Shown here in pieces: positions 10,429-19,546 of a DNA stretch of 64,000 nucleotides; within the stretch, counting starts at the first letter, position 1; every line of letters begins with the position of its first letter. The notes beneath the pieces were generated by a model that was not told the origin of the DNA, ran no database searches, and saw nothing but the letters and a program-made list of their open reading frames with translations. Source of the stretch: Methanotrichaceae archaeon (lineage in GTDB: Archaea > Halobacteriota > Methanosarcinia > Methanotrichales > Methanotrichaceae); the NCBI GenBank assembly GCA_041946675.1, contig JBHGAU010000002.1, positions 44,651-108,650 of the forward strand. The letters run 5' to 3'. Made by a program: the position numbers and the translations under genes.

Positions 10429-10836
10429 ATGAGACTTAGAGTAGTAAGTTCAAGGACAGAGATTCCAGGCCTAAGCCCAAATGAGAAGATGATTCATCTG
10501 GCATTCAGGGCGTCAAACGTTGATTTTCTTAATCTGATGCAGAGGTGTCCGAGGCTCAGAATGATCCAGGTACCTCCCTCCTACAAAAAGACAATGTCCA
10601 ACGCAATCCAAGTATTCCTTGATATGCAGGGCATTGAGCTACTTGAGGGCGATGTTTGGGGCCACAGAAAGGATCTCGATGAGTACTTCACAGTCGAGGA
10701 TGCGACTATGGAGGAGATCCGCGCCCTTGCAGCCAGCGGTGTAAGCACCGATGAGGTTGCAGCCCAGATTCAGAAGAAGGCAAGGCTCGGACCCGACCTG
10801 ATCAAGTACATAGCCAAGACCAAGGTTACTGTATAA
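10429..10836 (+). CDS. conserved archaeal hypothetical protein (DUF1699-like, by recollection)
   Basis: The 135-aa MRLRVVSSRTEI...RCPRLRMIQVPPSY... resembles a small family restricted to methanogens. The assignment is from memory only. Confidence 0.5.
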   Translation: MRLRVVSSRTEIPGLSPNEKMIHLAFRASNVDFLNLMQRCPRLRMIQVPPSYKKTMSNAIQVFLDMQGIELLEGDVWGHRKDLDEYFTVEDATMEEIRALAASGVSTDEVAAQIQKKARLGPDLIKYIAKTKVTV

Positions 10837-11048
10837 ATCAATAAATCGGATTTAGGCCGGCGTTCAAGCTGGCTTCTTTTTCCCCTTTCTTATAGGCTTT
10901 TACAAGATCCGGTCTTGGGAACACGACATTCCTTCATCCACGAGAATGGCTATGCACTACAGGGAAAGCATCACGAGATTTATCCCAGTGATCCCCGAAG
11001 GGCTGTGCCTGAGAAATAATTCTAATCAAATTTCATATCTTCTGTAGC

Positions 11049-12254
11049 TCATTGCTTCTGCGCAGCAGCAGCCAGCGTTAGGTTTCCATGAGGCATCACA
11101 ATCATACGTGCATCCTTTCCTTGCCGCTCTTGCGCCATTGAGATCGCCTCATTCAAGGTTTTTGCAGGCGTAAAGAAGCATTTTCTCACCTTTTCAGGCG
11201 GAATAGATGAGACCAGTATCAAATCATGCTTCAGAGATTCCATTGCCAGGAATGCGGCTTTATGCCCGCCAAACTCATATTCCCTGCCAAATCGCTCAAT
11301 GCAATCTTCAGCACATTTGGCCTCATTTGCCCACCGCTCAAAGACGGAATTGCCCAGTCCCTCGCTGCATTCCGCTACAAGGATTATCGTTCCTCCCGGA
11401 ACTGCTGCATTCTTGGAATTATCCAGCGCCTTTTGAGCCTGGAAGAGGTTGATATCCTTGGGCATTCCTCCCGCGCAGGCAACCACAATCTCGGCAGGCT
11501 TAATGACCCTTCGGTACATCTGGTCAACTACCTCGGCACCAGCGCGATGAGCCCGGACAAAGTCCCCTGCAACGGCACGCACTATCTCCTGTCTGCTGTT
11601 CAAGACCACATTTAAAATATAGTCCAATCCGCCTATCGCTGCGGCCTCTTCCATATCCTGTCTCACAGGGCTATCAACACGCCCGGAGACAGCACACGGG
11701 TCCCTCATGAGCTCATGATTTCTCACGATGGACTTCCCGGAGCTCACGCCGGGCAGCATCGCCTTTGCACCGCCGCTGTAGCCTGCATAATAGTGATACT
11801 CTATATTTCCAGTGGCGATTACCAGATCAGACGATGCAACGTCCTCAAGTATCTCAACGGGGGTACCCCTTGAGGTTTTGCCGACGGATACGCACCTCTC
11901 AGGGTCGTGCTGCATATGAGGCAGACCTATGCAATCCTTCAAAAGTGCCTTCTCTTCACCGGGATCCATTCGCCTGTGAGTTCCCAAGGCGAAGATGACC
12001 TTTATTTCGGAAATGCCCATATGCTTAAGCATTCTCTGAAGGGGCGGAATCATAAAATAACTTGGCGCCGGGCGGGTTATATCGCTTGCAAGGATGACTG
12101 CCGAGTTTCCGCTGAGGTTAGTGAGATGCCTTCCAATCGGTTCATCGAGAGCTCTCTCGATCTCACAATCACCTGCAGCAGGCAGCTCCCCAGGAAGCAC
12201 AACCTCCCCAAGAGTCTCAAGCTCCAGATATCCTCGACCATATCCAAGCTTCAT
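11049..12254 (-). CDS. larA: LarA-like nickel-pincer-dependent racemase/epimerase (DUF2088)
   Basis: SDITRPAPS, ALGTHR and HYYAGYSGGAKAM (GGxK lysine that tethers the NPN cofactor in LarA) plus GGHKAA. The start overlaps the DUF58 stop by 4 nt. Confidence 0.8.
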   Translation of the reverse strand: MKLGYGRGYLELETLGEVVLPGELPAAGDCEIERALDEPIGRHLTNLSGNSAVILASDITRPAPSYFMIPPLQRMLKHMGISEIKVIFALGTHRRMDPGEEKALLKDCIGLPHMQHDPERCVSVGKTSRGTPVEILEDVASSDLVIATGNIEYHYYAGYSGGAKAMLPGVSSGKSIVRNHELMRDPCAVSGRVDSPVRQDMEEAAAIGGLDYILNVVLNSRQEIVRAVAGDFVRAHRAGAEVVDQMYRRVIKPAEIVVACAGGMPKDINLFQAQKALDNSKNAAVPGGTIILVAECSEGLGNSVFERWANEAKCAEDCIERFGREYEFGGHKAAFLAMESLKHDLILVSSIPPEKVRKCFFTPAKTLNEAISMAQERQGKDARMIVMPHGNLTLAAAAQKQ

Positions 12255-13108
12255 ATTCTCCAGATTATAGTTTTTGAAACCATCTCTGAGAAGGCATCGA
12301 ATATTGGCTTATCGGTCCTGAAGCTGAAGAAGTCCGCACCTACGCTGCTGCAAGCGGCAGCTATCCTGGCGTTATGCTCATCCAGCCTTCTCTTATACTC
12401 ATCTTTAGCTGTTTGTGTCACGCGTGTTGTCAAGGGCTGCTTTGTCTCCATGTCTATGAACCTGATATCCCCCCCAAAGTTCAGGTTCAGCTCGTCTGGA
12501 GCCAGCACCTGTATCAGAACAAGATCATGCCTCGATAGCCTGTAAATGCTGGAGAGTATCTCCTCCGTATCGCCAAGGAAATCGGATATCATCACAACCA
12601 GGCTGGTGGAGGCTATGAGAGCATCAAACTGCTCTGAAACCAGCCTCATATCCGTTACCCCTTTGGGTAAAGTGTCATCCAGCTCCTCTATTGTTTGAAA
12701 TAGATACCTTCTTCCTCTCCTGGGCTCGCCTGGATAGAGCTTCTTACAGAAGAGGGATATGGCATATTTCTCATTCTCCAAAGTCGCGAGATAAGCGAAT
12801 CCCGCTGCGATTCGAGAAGCGTAGCCGAACTTCCCATCGTAGCCCATGCTGCCGCTGCCGTCCAGAAGTATGTTGACTACAAGCGACCTCTCTTCCTCGT
12901 GTTCGCGAATATAGAGCTTCTCGGTCCTGCCGTAGACCTTCCAATCCACAAGCTTGAAGTCGTCGCCCTTGCGGTACTCCCTGTATCCGACAGGGCTTAT
13001 CCCATGTCCGAACCGCAGCGATTTCCTTCCGCCCGTATAAGCCGTGGAGACCCGCTTCTTCACAAGCAAGGCGAACCTATCCAGCTCACGAAAGAAATCT
13101 GTATCCAT
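12251..13108 (-). CDS. DUF58 (vWA-like) protein, MoxR partner
   Basis: YREYRKGDDFKLVDWKVYGRTEKLYIREHEEE...LLDGSGSM is the canonical DUF58 core. It sits 5 nt downstream of the MoxR gene. Confidence 0.85.
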   Translation of the reverse strand: MDTDFFRELDRFALLVKKRVSTAYTGGRKSLRFGHGISPVGYREYRKGDDFKLVDWKVYGRTEKLYIREHEEERSLVVNILLDGSGSMGYDGKFGYASRIAAGFAYLATLENEKYAISLFCKKLYPGEPRRGRRYLFQTIEELDDTLPKGVTDMRLVSEQFDALIASTSLVVMISDFLGDTEEILSSIYRLSRHDLVLIQVLAPDELNLNFGGDIRFIDMETKQPLTTRVTQTAKDEYKRRLDEHNARIAAACSSVGADFFSFRTDKPIFDAFSEMVSKTIIWRI

Positions 13109-13113
13109 ATAGA

Positions 13114-14073
13114 TCAGATATTGAGGCTCTTTAGAATATCCGTCACTACCTGGTCGCGCGTCAACCCTTTTCGTTCTGCCTCAAAGTTCAGAATTATCCT
13201 GTGTCTGAGCACCGGGTAGGCCATGGCATGCAGGTCATCCTTTGAAACGTAGTTTTTCCCGTGGATGAATGCCCTTGCCTTTGAGGATAGTATCAGACCG
13301 ATAGATGCCCTCGGGCTCGCACCGTACTGTACGCCCTCCCAGCTTCTCGTTGAAAGGACAAGCTTTACCACATTTTGTTTCAGCTCATCAGATATAGGTA
13401 TATCACGGCAGAGCTGCTGTAGAACCAGAAGCTCCTCCTTTGAGATCATTCTCTCTACCGTCGGCACTTTATTGCCAGTATACCTATCCAAAATCCCTAT
13501 CTCCTCCTCGAATGAGGGATAGCCCAAGAGTATCTTGAGCAGGAATCTATCAAGCTGAGCCTCAGGCAGTGGAAATGTTCCCTCCATTTCTATCGGGTTT
13601 TGCGTTGCAAGAACGAAGAACGGCTGATCCAGAGGATATGTATGATTTCCGACAGTCACCTGCTTCTCCTGCATCGCCTCCAAAAGCGCGCTTTGAGTCT
13701 TGGGCGATGCCCTGTTGATCTCATCTGCGAGGACGATGTTTGCGAACACAGGCCCAGGCGCGAACCTGAACTCTTTGTTTCCCGAGGTGGTTTCTTCAAT
13801 GATAGTAGTGCCTGTGATATCCGCAGGCATCAGATCTGGAGTGCATTGGATTCTGCTGAAGCTCAGGCCCATTGTCATAGCTGTTGTCTTTATGAGGAGC
13901 GTCTTTGCAAGCCCCGGGTTGCTCTCAAGAAGGGCATGGCCCCCTGCCAGGATGGAGACAAGAAGCTGCTCAATGGCCGCACTCTGGCCTACCATCACCT
14001 TATCAATCTCACGCCTGAGCCGCTGGAATATCTCGGGCGCTTCGTTGTAAATAGCCTTAAGATCCTGTGTCAT
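13114..14073 (-). CDS. MoxR-family AAA+ ATPase
   Basis: GHALLESNPGLAKT (Walker A), ILADEINRASPKTQSALLEAMQE (Walker B/sensor) and FFVLATQNPIE. Confidence 0.9.
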   Translation of the reverse strand: MTQDLKAIYNEAPEIFQRLRREIDKVMVGQSAAIEQLLVSILAGGHALLESNPGLAKTLLIKTTAMTMGLSFSRIQCTPDLMPADITGTTIIEETTSGNKEFRFAPGPVFANIVLADEINRASPKTQSALLEAMQEKQVTVGNHTYPLDQPFFVLATQNPIEMEGTFPLPEAQLDRFLLKILLGYPSFEEEIGILDRYTGNKVPTVERMISKEELLVLQQLCRDIPISDELKQNVVKLVLSTRSWEGVQYGASPRASIGLILSSKARAFIHGKNYVSKDDLHAMAYPVLRHRIILNFEAERKGLTRDQVVTDILKSLNI

Positions 14074-14214
14074 CCCGTAGCTCCTTTCGACCGAACTCTC
14101 TGGCTGGCTCTAACTTCTATTGGATAAAAGAGTACCGCAGAATAGATCATAAGCTTTCCTGTTATTTTTGGAAAATCCTTAAGCTCTGCCTAATATATCG
14201 ATTTATGACGAAAA

Positions 14215-15114
14215 TTATGGATAAATTCTGCTAGATGGAAGATACGGTACTCCAACCAGCTTTGAAATTAACTCCCCATTCATATAGTCGGAATAATCGG
14301 AGCAGCAATCAAGCCAGTAATCATCTGAGATATTCTTTCTTATTACATCGGACATTCCTATCCTCAGGTTCATCTCATGGCTTCCTACATAGTCCTGTGA
14401 GACACGAGCGATATTGCCATTCAAGGATCTCTGGGAGGCATCCAGACGTGCAGCTGCTCCAGTGGAACTCTGGCTTAGCTGATATAAGCTAGATCTATTT
14501 GTGTATCTTTGAGCATTTATACTCGTAGATGTTATATTAATTGATATAATAGATCTATTGATAAATGTCTGGTAAAGGCTTTCCTTGGAAAGCTTCCAGG
14601 TATCAAGATATTTGGAGATGGTATCTCCGTTATTATCATACTTCTCTATGCTTATCATTCCGGGTCCAAGGTATGATACCTTTTTATAATCTGATAGATA
14701 TGCAGGCCAGGCTTCATCGATTACTACATTGGCCGCTCCCTTTATGAAGATGGGGCCTGCTGTCCCGTTCGTGAGATTGATGCTCTGAAGATTGATGGCT
14801 GCATAAACTGGGCCGTACCTGCTTAAAAGTCGAAAGCGCTCGTCATACTGTAGGTCGCTCTCCTTTGAAGATGCAGATAGCTCCTTTGCCTCAATTCCTG
14901 CATACTTCGTTATATGGGTCAGCTTCGAGAAATTGCCGGAGCCCTTTACAGAGCCGTCCATTGAGAAGTCGATGTAATCTGTAGTACGATGAATCTCTAT
15001 GGCGGATCCTGGAATGGATGCGATGATATCATAGCCCATTCGCGAGGCTGATGGTGGCATGAGCATACACAAAAGTGTAACCAACGCTAGATATCTTATC
15101 CCTCCCACCATCAT
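14215..15114 (-). CDS. secreted hypothetical protein, sequon-rich (island protein 5)
   Basis: Hydrophobic N-terminal segment, 7 N-x-S/T sequons, no C-terminal anchor. No family recognised. Confidence 0.6.
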   Translation of the reverse strand: MMVGGIRYLALVTLLCMLMPPSASRMGYDIIASIPGSAIEIHRTTDYIDFSMDGSVKGSGNFSKLTHITKYAGIEAKELSASSKESDLQYDERFRLLSRYGPVYAAINLQSINLTNGTAGPIFIKGAANVVIDEAWPAYLSDYKKVSYLGPGMISIEKYDNNGDTISKYLDTWKLSKESLYQTFINRSIISINITSTSINAQRYTNRSSLYQLSQSSTGAAARLDASQRSLNGNIARVSQDYVGSHEMNLRIGMSDVIRKNISDDYWLDCCSDYSDYMNGELISKLVGVPYLPSSRIYP

Positions 15115-15282
15115 GCTACCTCCCTCCTGTCTATTCCGGCCCGGATATATGTAATTATGGTATCGGCCACTGTACGATTTTCTCTAATACATCAACACTA
15201 GCTGAACTTCTACAGCGGATATTAATTCTTTTGATAGGAGCTTTAACCGAATATTATTAATAAAAAGAGATCGAGAGATGCT

Positions 15283-16302
15283 TTATATATCTACTTTGAA
15301 CTGGACTGACATTCTGTAAAATACTTCTGCTTTCGCTGACTTGCCCGAGGTATTGATATACACGGGATTAGTTAAACTATTATGATCGAAATTATATACA
15401 GGCACCGTTTTAGGCATATCTGGGAGAGAATATATCCCTTTAGATTGATTTATAGATTCATTTATCTCTTCATTGAGCCTTCCAAATGCCTCGTTATAAT
15501 CGGCATTGCTAAATTGATAGGAGATATTGATGCCCTGTATGGGCAATACTTGAGTTGGAAATCCTTCCGCATCCCCTTTCATTGTAAGATTATTTGTATC
15601 AGAAGGCCTCATGATTCCCATTACCGATTGGCCGAAGGTATATTGGGCCGGGTTGGACCCGAAGTAGTATTGCCACTGTGAATCTGTATCGCCATTAACA
15701 TTTAGACCAATGCTGGCCGGTTTCTTATCACCTACAAGGTGCTCGACGCTTATGGTATCTTGAAAGCCTTTGATTTGATTCACCAGGCTGTTTTCTATAG
15801 TCTGACCTACACCCGATGACGACATAAGATGCAGCATTGTCGTCCCTTTCTGATAGCTGACGGCGTTAAATGTGCGCATGGTTTGCTCGATCTTATAATC
15901 CTTATTTGTATCACATGTATATAGGGTTCCATTCCGCACCATATCGCTATGTGCAACGACTAGCTGATCGGGATCAAAACCTTTGCCTCCGGAATAAGCC
16001 TTTGTATTCCAGCTGAGCGATCCTGAATCAGTCTGTGCGGCTGATGTTATCTTTTCGCCGTTGAGGACTACCTGGTATGAGTAATAACTATTTTGGGCGA
16101 GGGATTTGCCGCCGTTCTGGTATAGCACTGAGTCAGGCGCAAGCGTGATCCCGGCATCAAAGCTCAAACCCTCTCCGATAAGACCGACTGAAAGGGAATC
16201 ATCTGGATTATAGAAGTTCATCTGAAGTGCCAGCTCTGCCTTTGCAGCCTCTGATAAGCATATCATCATCAGAAACGATAACAGAAATCTGAGCAGCCTC
16301 AT
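15283..16302 (-). CDS. secreted hypothetical protein (island protein 4)
   Basis: Signal peptide MRLLRFLLSFLMMICLSEAAKA and 6 sequons. Its start lies 10 nt downstream of the stop of the preceding gene on the minus strand (16313..17323). Confidence 0.6.
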   Translation of the reverse strand: MRLLRFLLSFLMMICLSEAAKAELALQMNFYNPDDSLSVGLIGEGLSFDAGITLAPDSVLYQNGGKSLAQNSYYSYQVVLNGEKITSAAQTDSGSLSWNTKAYSGGKGFDPDQLVVAHSDMVRNGTLYTCDTNKDYKIEQTMRTFNAVSYQKGTTMLHLMSSSGVGQTIENSLVNQIKGFQDTISVEHLVGDKKPASIGLNVNGDTDSQWQYYFGSNPAQYTFGQSVMGIMRPSDTNNLTMKGDAEGFPTQVLPIQGINISYQFSNADYNEAFGRLNEEINESINQSKGIYSLPDMPKTVPVYNFDHNSLTNPVYINTSGKSAKAEVFYRMSVQFKVDI

Positions 16303-16312
16303 AGAACCTCGG

Positions 16313-17323
16313 TCAGGCCTCCGGATAGACGAGTTCCATCTCCGATATGCAGTCGATATCTCCTATCGTCACCTCTCTCGTGACATCAAAGCCGCTATAG
16401 GCTACATCACCGTTTGCAGTTCTGAATTCCAGGCTTATATCCTGCTTAAATAGGTCCGCCGGCATATCAAGGCTCCATATGCTGGTAACATTTGTTTCCA
16501 GCGTCTTGGCCTCCGATTTGTCGGGTTCCTTTAGATCCGGAAAACCCACTGCTATGTTGCCGTAGGATCTTGTCTTCGAACTTGTTACCTGGCCGCCTGA
16601 GAACGTGCTATGCTGGGAGTTGTAAATGCCGCTTTTGCCCTCAAGCCCCTTATAAAATGTGCTGTAGATGCCGCCTTTGCCGTAAAGCCCAAAGTAGTTG
16701 TCAGGCGAAGTGGCAATGCCTTGATTCAACTGATAAGTTCCATTGCAGGTTTGGAGGAACTCTGTTCCAACTTCGCCCTGGGTTCTAAAGTTATATGTAG
16801 GATTAGGTGTGTCAATAATTATCGGATTGGATATATCGCTATCCAAAAGGGTCTTTGAAATGGCGCTATAATTGCCGATGTGGCCATCAGAGGTTGTTAA
16901 GGCGACCGTTTCTGAGATAGCCCCAGGATAATAGCGATAAGGGGAAAACTCTGTCTTTGAGATACCGCAGAGTCTCATCAGTCCCTCAGTTACATTGACT
17001 CCTGAAAAAGAGCTGTTGAAGTTGTACTGGCCGTTATACCACCAGGAATTATTTAGCGAAGTCCAAATTCCTTGATTTATCTGATAGATTTCCTCATGAG
17101 CAAGTGCATATTCTGCATTGAGCTCACCCCGAGATCCAAAGTTGATATCCGATGTGGATACAGCGCTGTCCAGAGAGGTTTTAACAAATTTAAAATCGCT
17201 TGTTTGGGTGATTAAACCGGAGTTTGCAAAGGACCCTGTTTCTGTTAATGCATTTGCAGATATCATAAGTATCTCCAATAGAATAGTTAGCAGCACAACA
17301 GATCTCATGATGATTATCTCCAT
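16313..17323 (-). CDS. secreted hypothetical protein (island protein 3)
   Basis: Signal-like MRSVVLLTILLEILMISANA (alternative start at 17308). It has 6 sequons and is rich in Gly/Tyr/Asn/Ser. Confidence 0.6.
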   Translation of the reverse strand: MEIIIMRSVVLLTILLEILMISANALTETGSFANSGLITQTSDFKFVKTSLDSAVSTSDINFGSRGELNAEYALAHEEIYQINQGIWTSLNNSWWYNGQYNFNSSFSGVNVTEGLMRLCGISKTEFSPYRYYPGAISETVALTTSDGHIGNYSAISKTLLDSDISNPIIIDTPNPTYNFRTQGEVGTEFLQTCNGTYQLNQGIATSPDNYFGLYGKGGIYSTFYKGLEGKSGIYNSQHSTFSGGQVTSSKTRSYGNIAVGFPDLKEPDKSEAKTLETNVTSIWSLDMPADLFKQDISLEFRTANGDVAYSGFDVTREVTIGDIDCISEMELVYPEA

Positions 17324-17339
17324 AATAAAAGGAGATTAG

Positions 17340-17359
17340 GATGCCAGATATCTGGCATC
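17340..17359. terminator. 20-nt perfect palindrome GATGCCAGATATCTGGCATC between island genes 2 and 3
   Basis: Read directly. It lies 40 nt after the stop of 17400..18143 on the minus strand and is followed by CCTTTTATT before the next ATG. A related imperfect copy (GATGCCAGACGGGATAGCATC on the minus strand) follows the paralog at about 18438-18458. Confidence 0.45.
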
Positions 17360-17399
17360 TTAATCTTTAGTCTCTACTCGCTATTCGCTATTCGGCTAT

Positions 17400-18143
17400 T
17401 CAAAAGTTAGGATACATTGTGTTGGGCATGACTGGTGCGAGGCTGCTCCACTTCGTATCGGTTATGAAGTTTCCGCTATTTGTCTCGATTGTTGCGCCTG
17501 CAGGAGCAATGCCGCCCGTGAATGCAGAGTAGGCCGTGCTCGAGCCGGACAGAGTCTTAAGATCTGTAACCATATCCCATGTAAGCCCGCTTGAGGACTG
17601 TACTCCAACATCAGCTTCAGCAAATTTAGCGCCGCCCAATGCTGTAACTCCGCCTGCGGTTGACGATGGATTTGTGGTTTCCGTAACGCGGATAGGATCT
17701 CCGATTCCTACATTTCCCTCATTTGCAAAGGTGGCCGAAACACCAGTATATACTCCGCTGAAGTGCAGGTTCTGGAAGTTGCTTACGGAAGCCTGTAATT
17801 CAGGCTTGTTATCCTGAGAGTCGAGAGCGCTGGTCCCGAGGACGGCTGAGCCTCCCTGTGTAAGCGTCAGTGTCTGGCTGGGCTGTAATAATCCAGAGCT
17901 GGTAGGAGATTCAGTGGTTGTTACACCGGTTACCTTGTTAGCTACCATTCCTTGCCCAGGTCCGTATGGATTTAAAGCACTAAATGCGGCCTCGGAGACT
18001 GCACCATTCATGAAACCGGATGGGTCTCCTGCCTGCTGGTACATCTCATGCGTATACTGGTACTGCAATGTATCTGTCGTATCCCATGCTGCTGCGAATC
18101 CGACCGTGGCCAGAATCGCCAGCAATATTACTATTACTTTCAT
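17400..18143 (-). CDS. secreted hypothetical protein, paralog A (island protein 2)
   Basis: GGAGG precedes the ATG at 18143 (MKVIVILLAILATVGFAAAWDT...). It shares blocks with 18515..19270: AAAWDT.D..QYQYTH, LTLTQGGSA, ALDSQDN.PE..ASVSN.QNLHFSGVY and KTLSGSSTAYSAFTGG. Confidence 0.7.
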   Translation of the reverse strand: MKVIVILLAILATVGFAAAWDTTDTLQYQYTHEMYQQAGDPSGFMNGAVSEAAFSALNPYGPGQGMVANKVTGVTTTESPTSSGLLQPSQTLTLTQGGSAVLGTSALDSQDNKPELQASVSNFQNLHFSGVYTGVSATFANEGNVGIGDPIRVTETTNPSSTAGGVTALGGAKFAEADVGVQSSSGLTWDMVTDLKTLSGSSTAYSAFTGGIAPAGATIETNSGNFITDTKWSSLAPVMPNTMYPNF

Positions 18144-18244
18144 TTTCCAATCCTCCAATTTCTTTCTTATTGTTTGAGGCATTTCTGCCAGAACTCAGAT
18201 TTTCACTAATATTCCGCAGGATACTAAAATAGATAAAAGTAGTA

Positions 18245-18370
18245 GAAACTAATCTATGTACTGACAGTTTGTAAAACTAATTTGAAACAATAATTTGTAT
18301 TTGTGCTAAGGGTTGTAAATTTTTAGTCTGGCTATGAAATAGAAATTTGGAACAATACTTTGAATTAACA
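18245..18370 (-). promoter_or_regulatory. conserved upstream leader/promoter block, copy A (about 100-230 nt upstream of paralog A start)
   Basis: About 125 nt, roughly three-quarters identical by eye to 19366..19490, at the same distance from the start codon. Contains repeated (A/T)TTTG(T/A)A-type motifs. Confidence 0.5.
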
Positions 18371-18514
18371 ATTTGTATCAGAGTTATGGAGCAACATTAT
18401 GAATTGAAGATGCTATAACTGCATAATAAAGTGGCTAAGATGCTATCCCGTCTGGCATCCTAGCCTTTGCTCCCAATTTAGCGGTTCCTGGCTTTAGAGA
18501 TTATTTTGCTGACT

Positions 18515-19270
18515 TTACTGCCACCAAGTATTTGTTGCGAAGTTTCCGCTGATCGTCTTGATATAGTTGCTTGAGCCGGCATCTGTATAGCCGCCTGTGA
18601 ACGCAGAGTAGGCTGTGCTCGAGCCGGACAGAGTCTTCTGGTCTTTTACCTTGTCCCATGTTAGTCCGCTTGTGGACGCCACTCCGATGTCAGCCTCAGT
18701 GAACTGAGCATTGCCACCAGATGTTATTTGGCCAAGCCCATCCCAGCCATTATTTAAATTTGAACCCAGCTCATTCAAGCTGATAGGATTGCTGCCGCCG
18801 AGGCCAACGTTACCATTATCTGCGAATTGGGCTACAACATCTAAGCCCACATCCTCATCTCTATATACTCCGCTGAAGTGCAGGTTCTGGTAATTGCTTA
18901 CGGAAGCTTCTACCTCAGGCCGATTATCCTGAGAGTCAAGAGCATGGGTGCTGAGTAAAGCTGAGCCTCCTTGAGTGAGCGTCATTGTCTGACTTGGCTC
19001 CAATAGAGTCTCTTGCTGATCATTATAGGGGGTAACAGCGCCTGCCCAGACGAGCTGGTTAGATGTAGATCCCTGAGAGTTTCCATATGGGGTGGGTGCT
19101 TGGAAGCTAGCCTGCGAATATATATCATTGATCAAACCGTTTTCTGATGGATCTCCGGCCTGCATGTATATGCCATGTGTATATTGGTACTGCATTTGGT
19201 CCGCCGTATCCCATGCTGCAGCAAATTCTATCATCGCCAGGACTGCCAGCAGCAATACTAATTTCTTCAT
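18515..19270 (-). CDS. secreted hypothetical protein, paralog B (island protein 1)
   Basis: AAGGAGGAG RBS and signal peptide MKKLVLLLAVLAMIEFAAA. Paralogous to 17400..18143. Confidence 0.7.
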   Translation of the reverse strand: MKKLVLLLAVLAMIEFAAAWDTADQMQYQYTHGIYMQAGDPSENGLINDIYSQASFQAPTPYGNSQGSTSNQLVWAGAVTPYNDQQETLLEPSQTMTLTQGGSALLSTHALDSQDNRPEVEASVSNYQNLHFSGVYRDEDVGLDVVAQFADNGNVGLGGSNPISLNELGSNLNNGWDGLGQITSGGNAQFTEADIGVASTSGLTWDKVKDQKTLSGSSTAYSAFTGGYTDAGSSNYIKTISGNFATNTWWQ

Positions 19271-19365
19271 TTCTCCTCCTTTATTTTATTGCCGCTCGGG
19301 GCGTTTTTGCCCAGGAGCGCATTCTGAACAGTTCCACTCATTAATGTTAGAAAATAAATATGGAT

Positions 19366-19490
19366 GGAACTGATCTATGTATTTGCAATTTGTAAATCCG
19401 TTACGAAAAAATAATCTGAATTTGTGCTATATATCGACATTTTTAGTTCGACTATGAACTGGAAATTTGCAATAACACTTTGAACACATG
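19366..19490 (-). promoter_or_regulatory. conserved upstream leader/promoter block, copy B
   Basis: See copy A. It lies in the divergent intergenic region between 19270(-) and 19547(+). Confidence 0.5.
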
Positions 19491-19546
19491 ACTTATGTAG
19501 CATCACCTATATATCGACAGCCGCTATTTCCTATGGCGGTGGTCAA

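Noticed and set aside
11907-12545. 212-aa plus-strand ORF spanning the larA/DUF58 junction; also 13600..14127 and 13700..14050.
   Set aside because: They are antisense to genes with strong family signatures (LarA, DUF58, MoxR).
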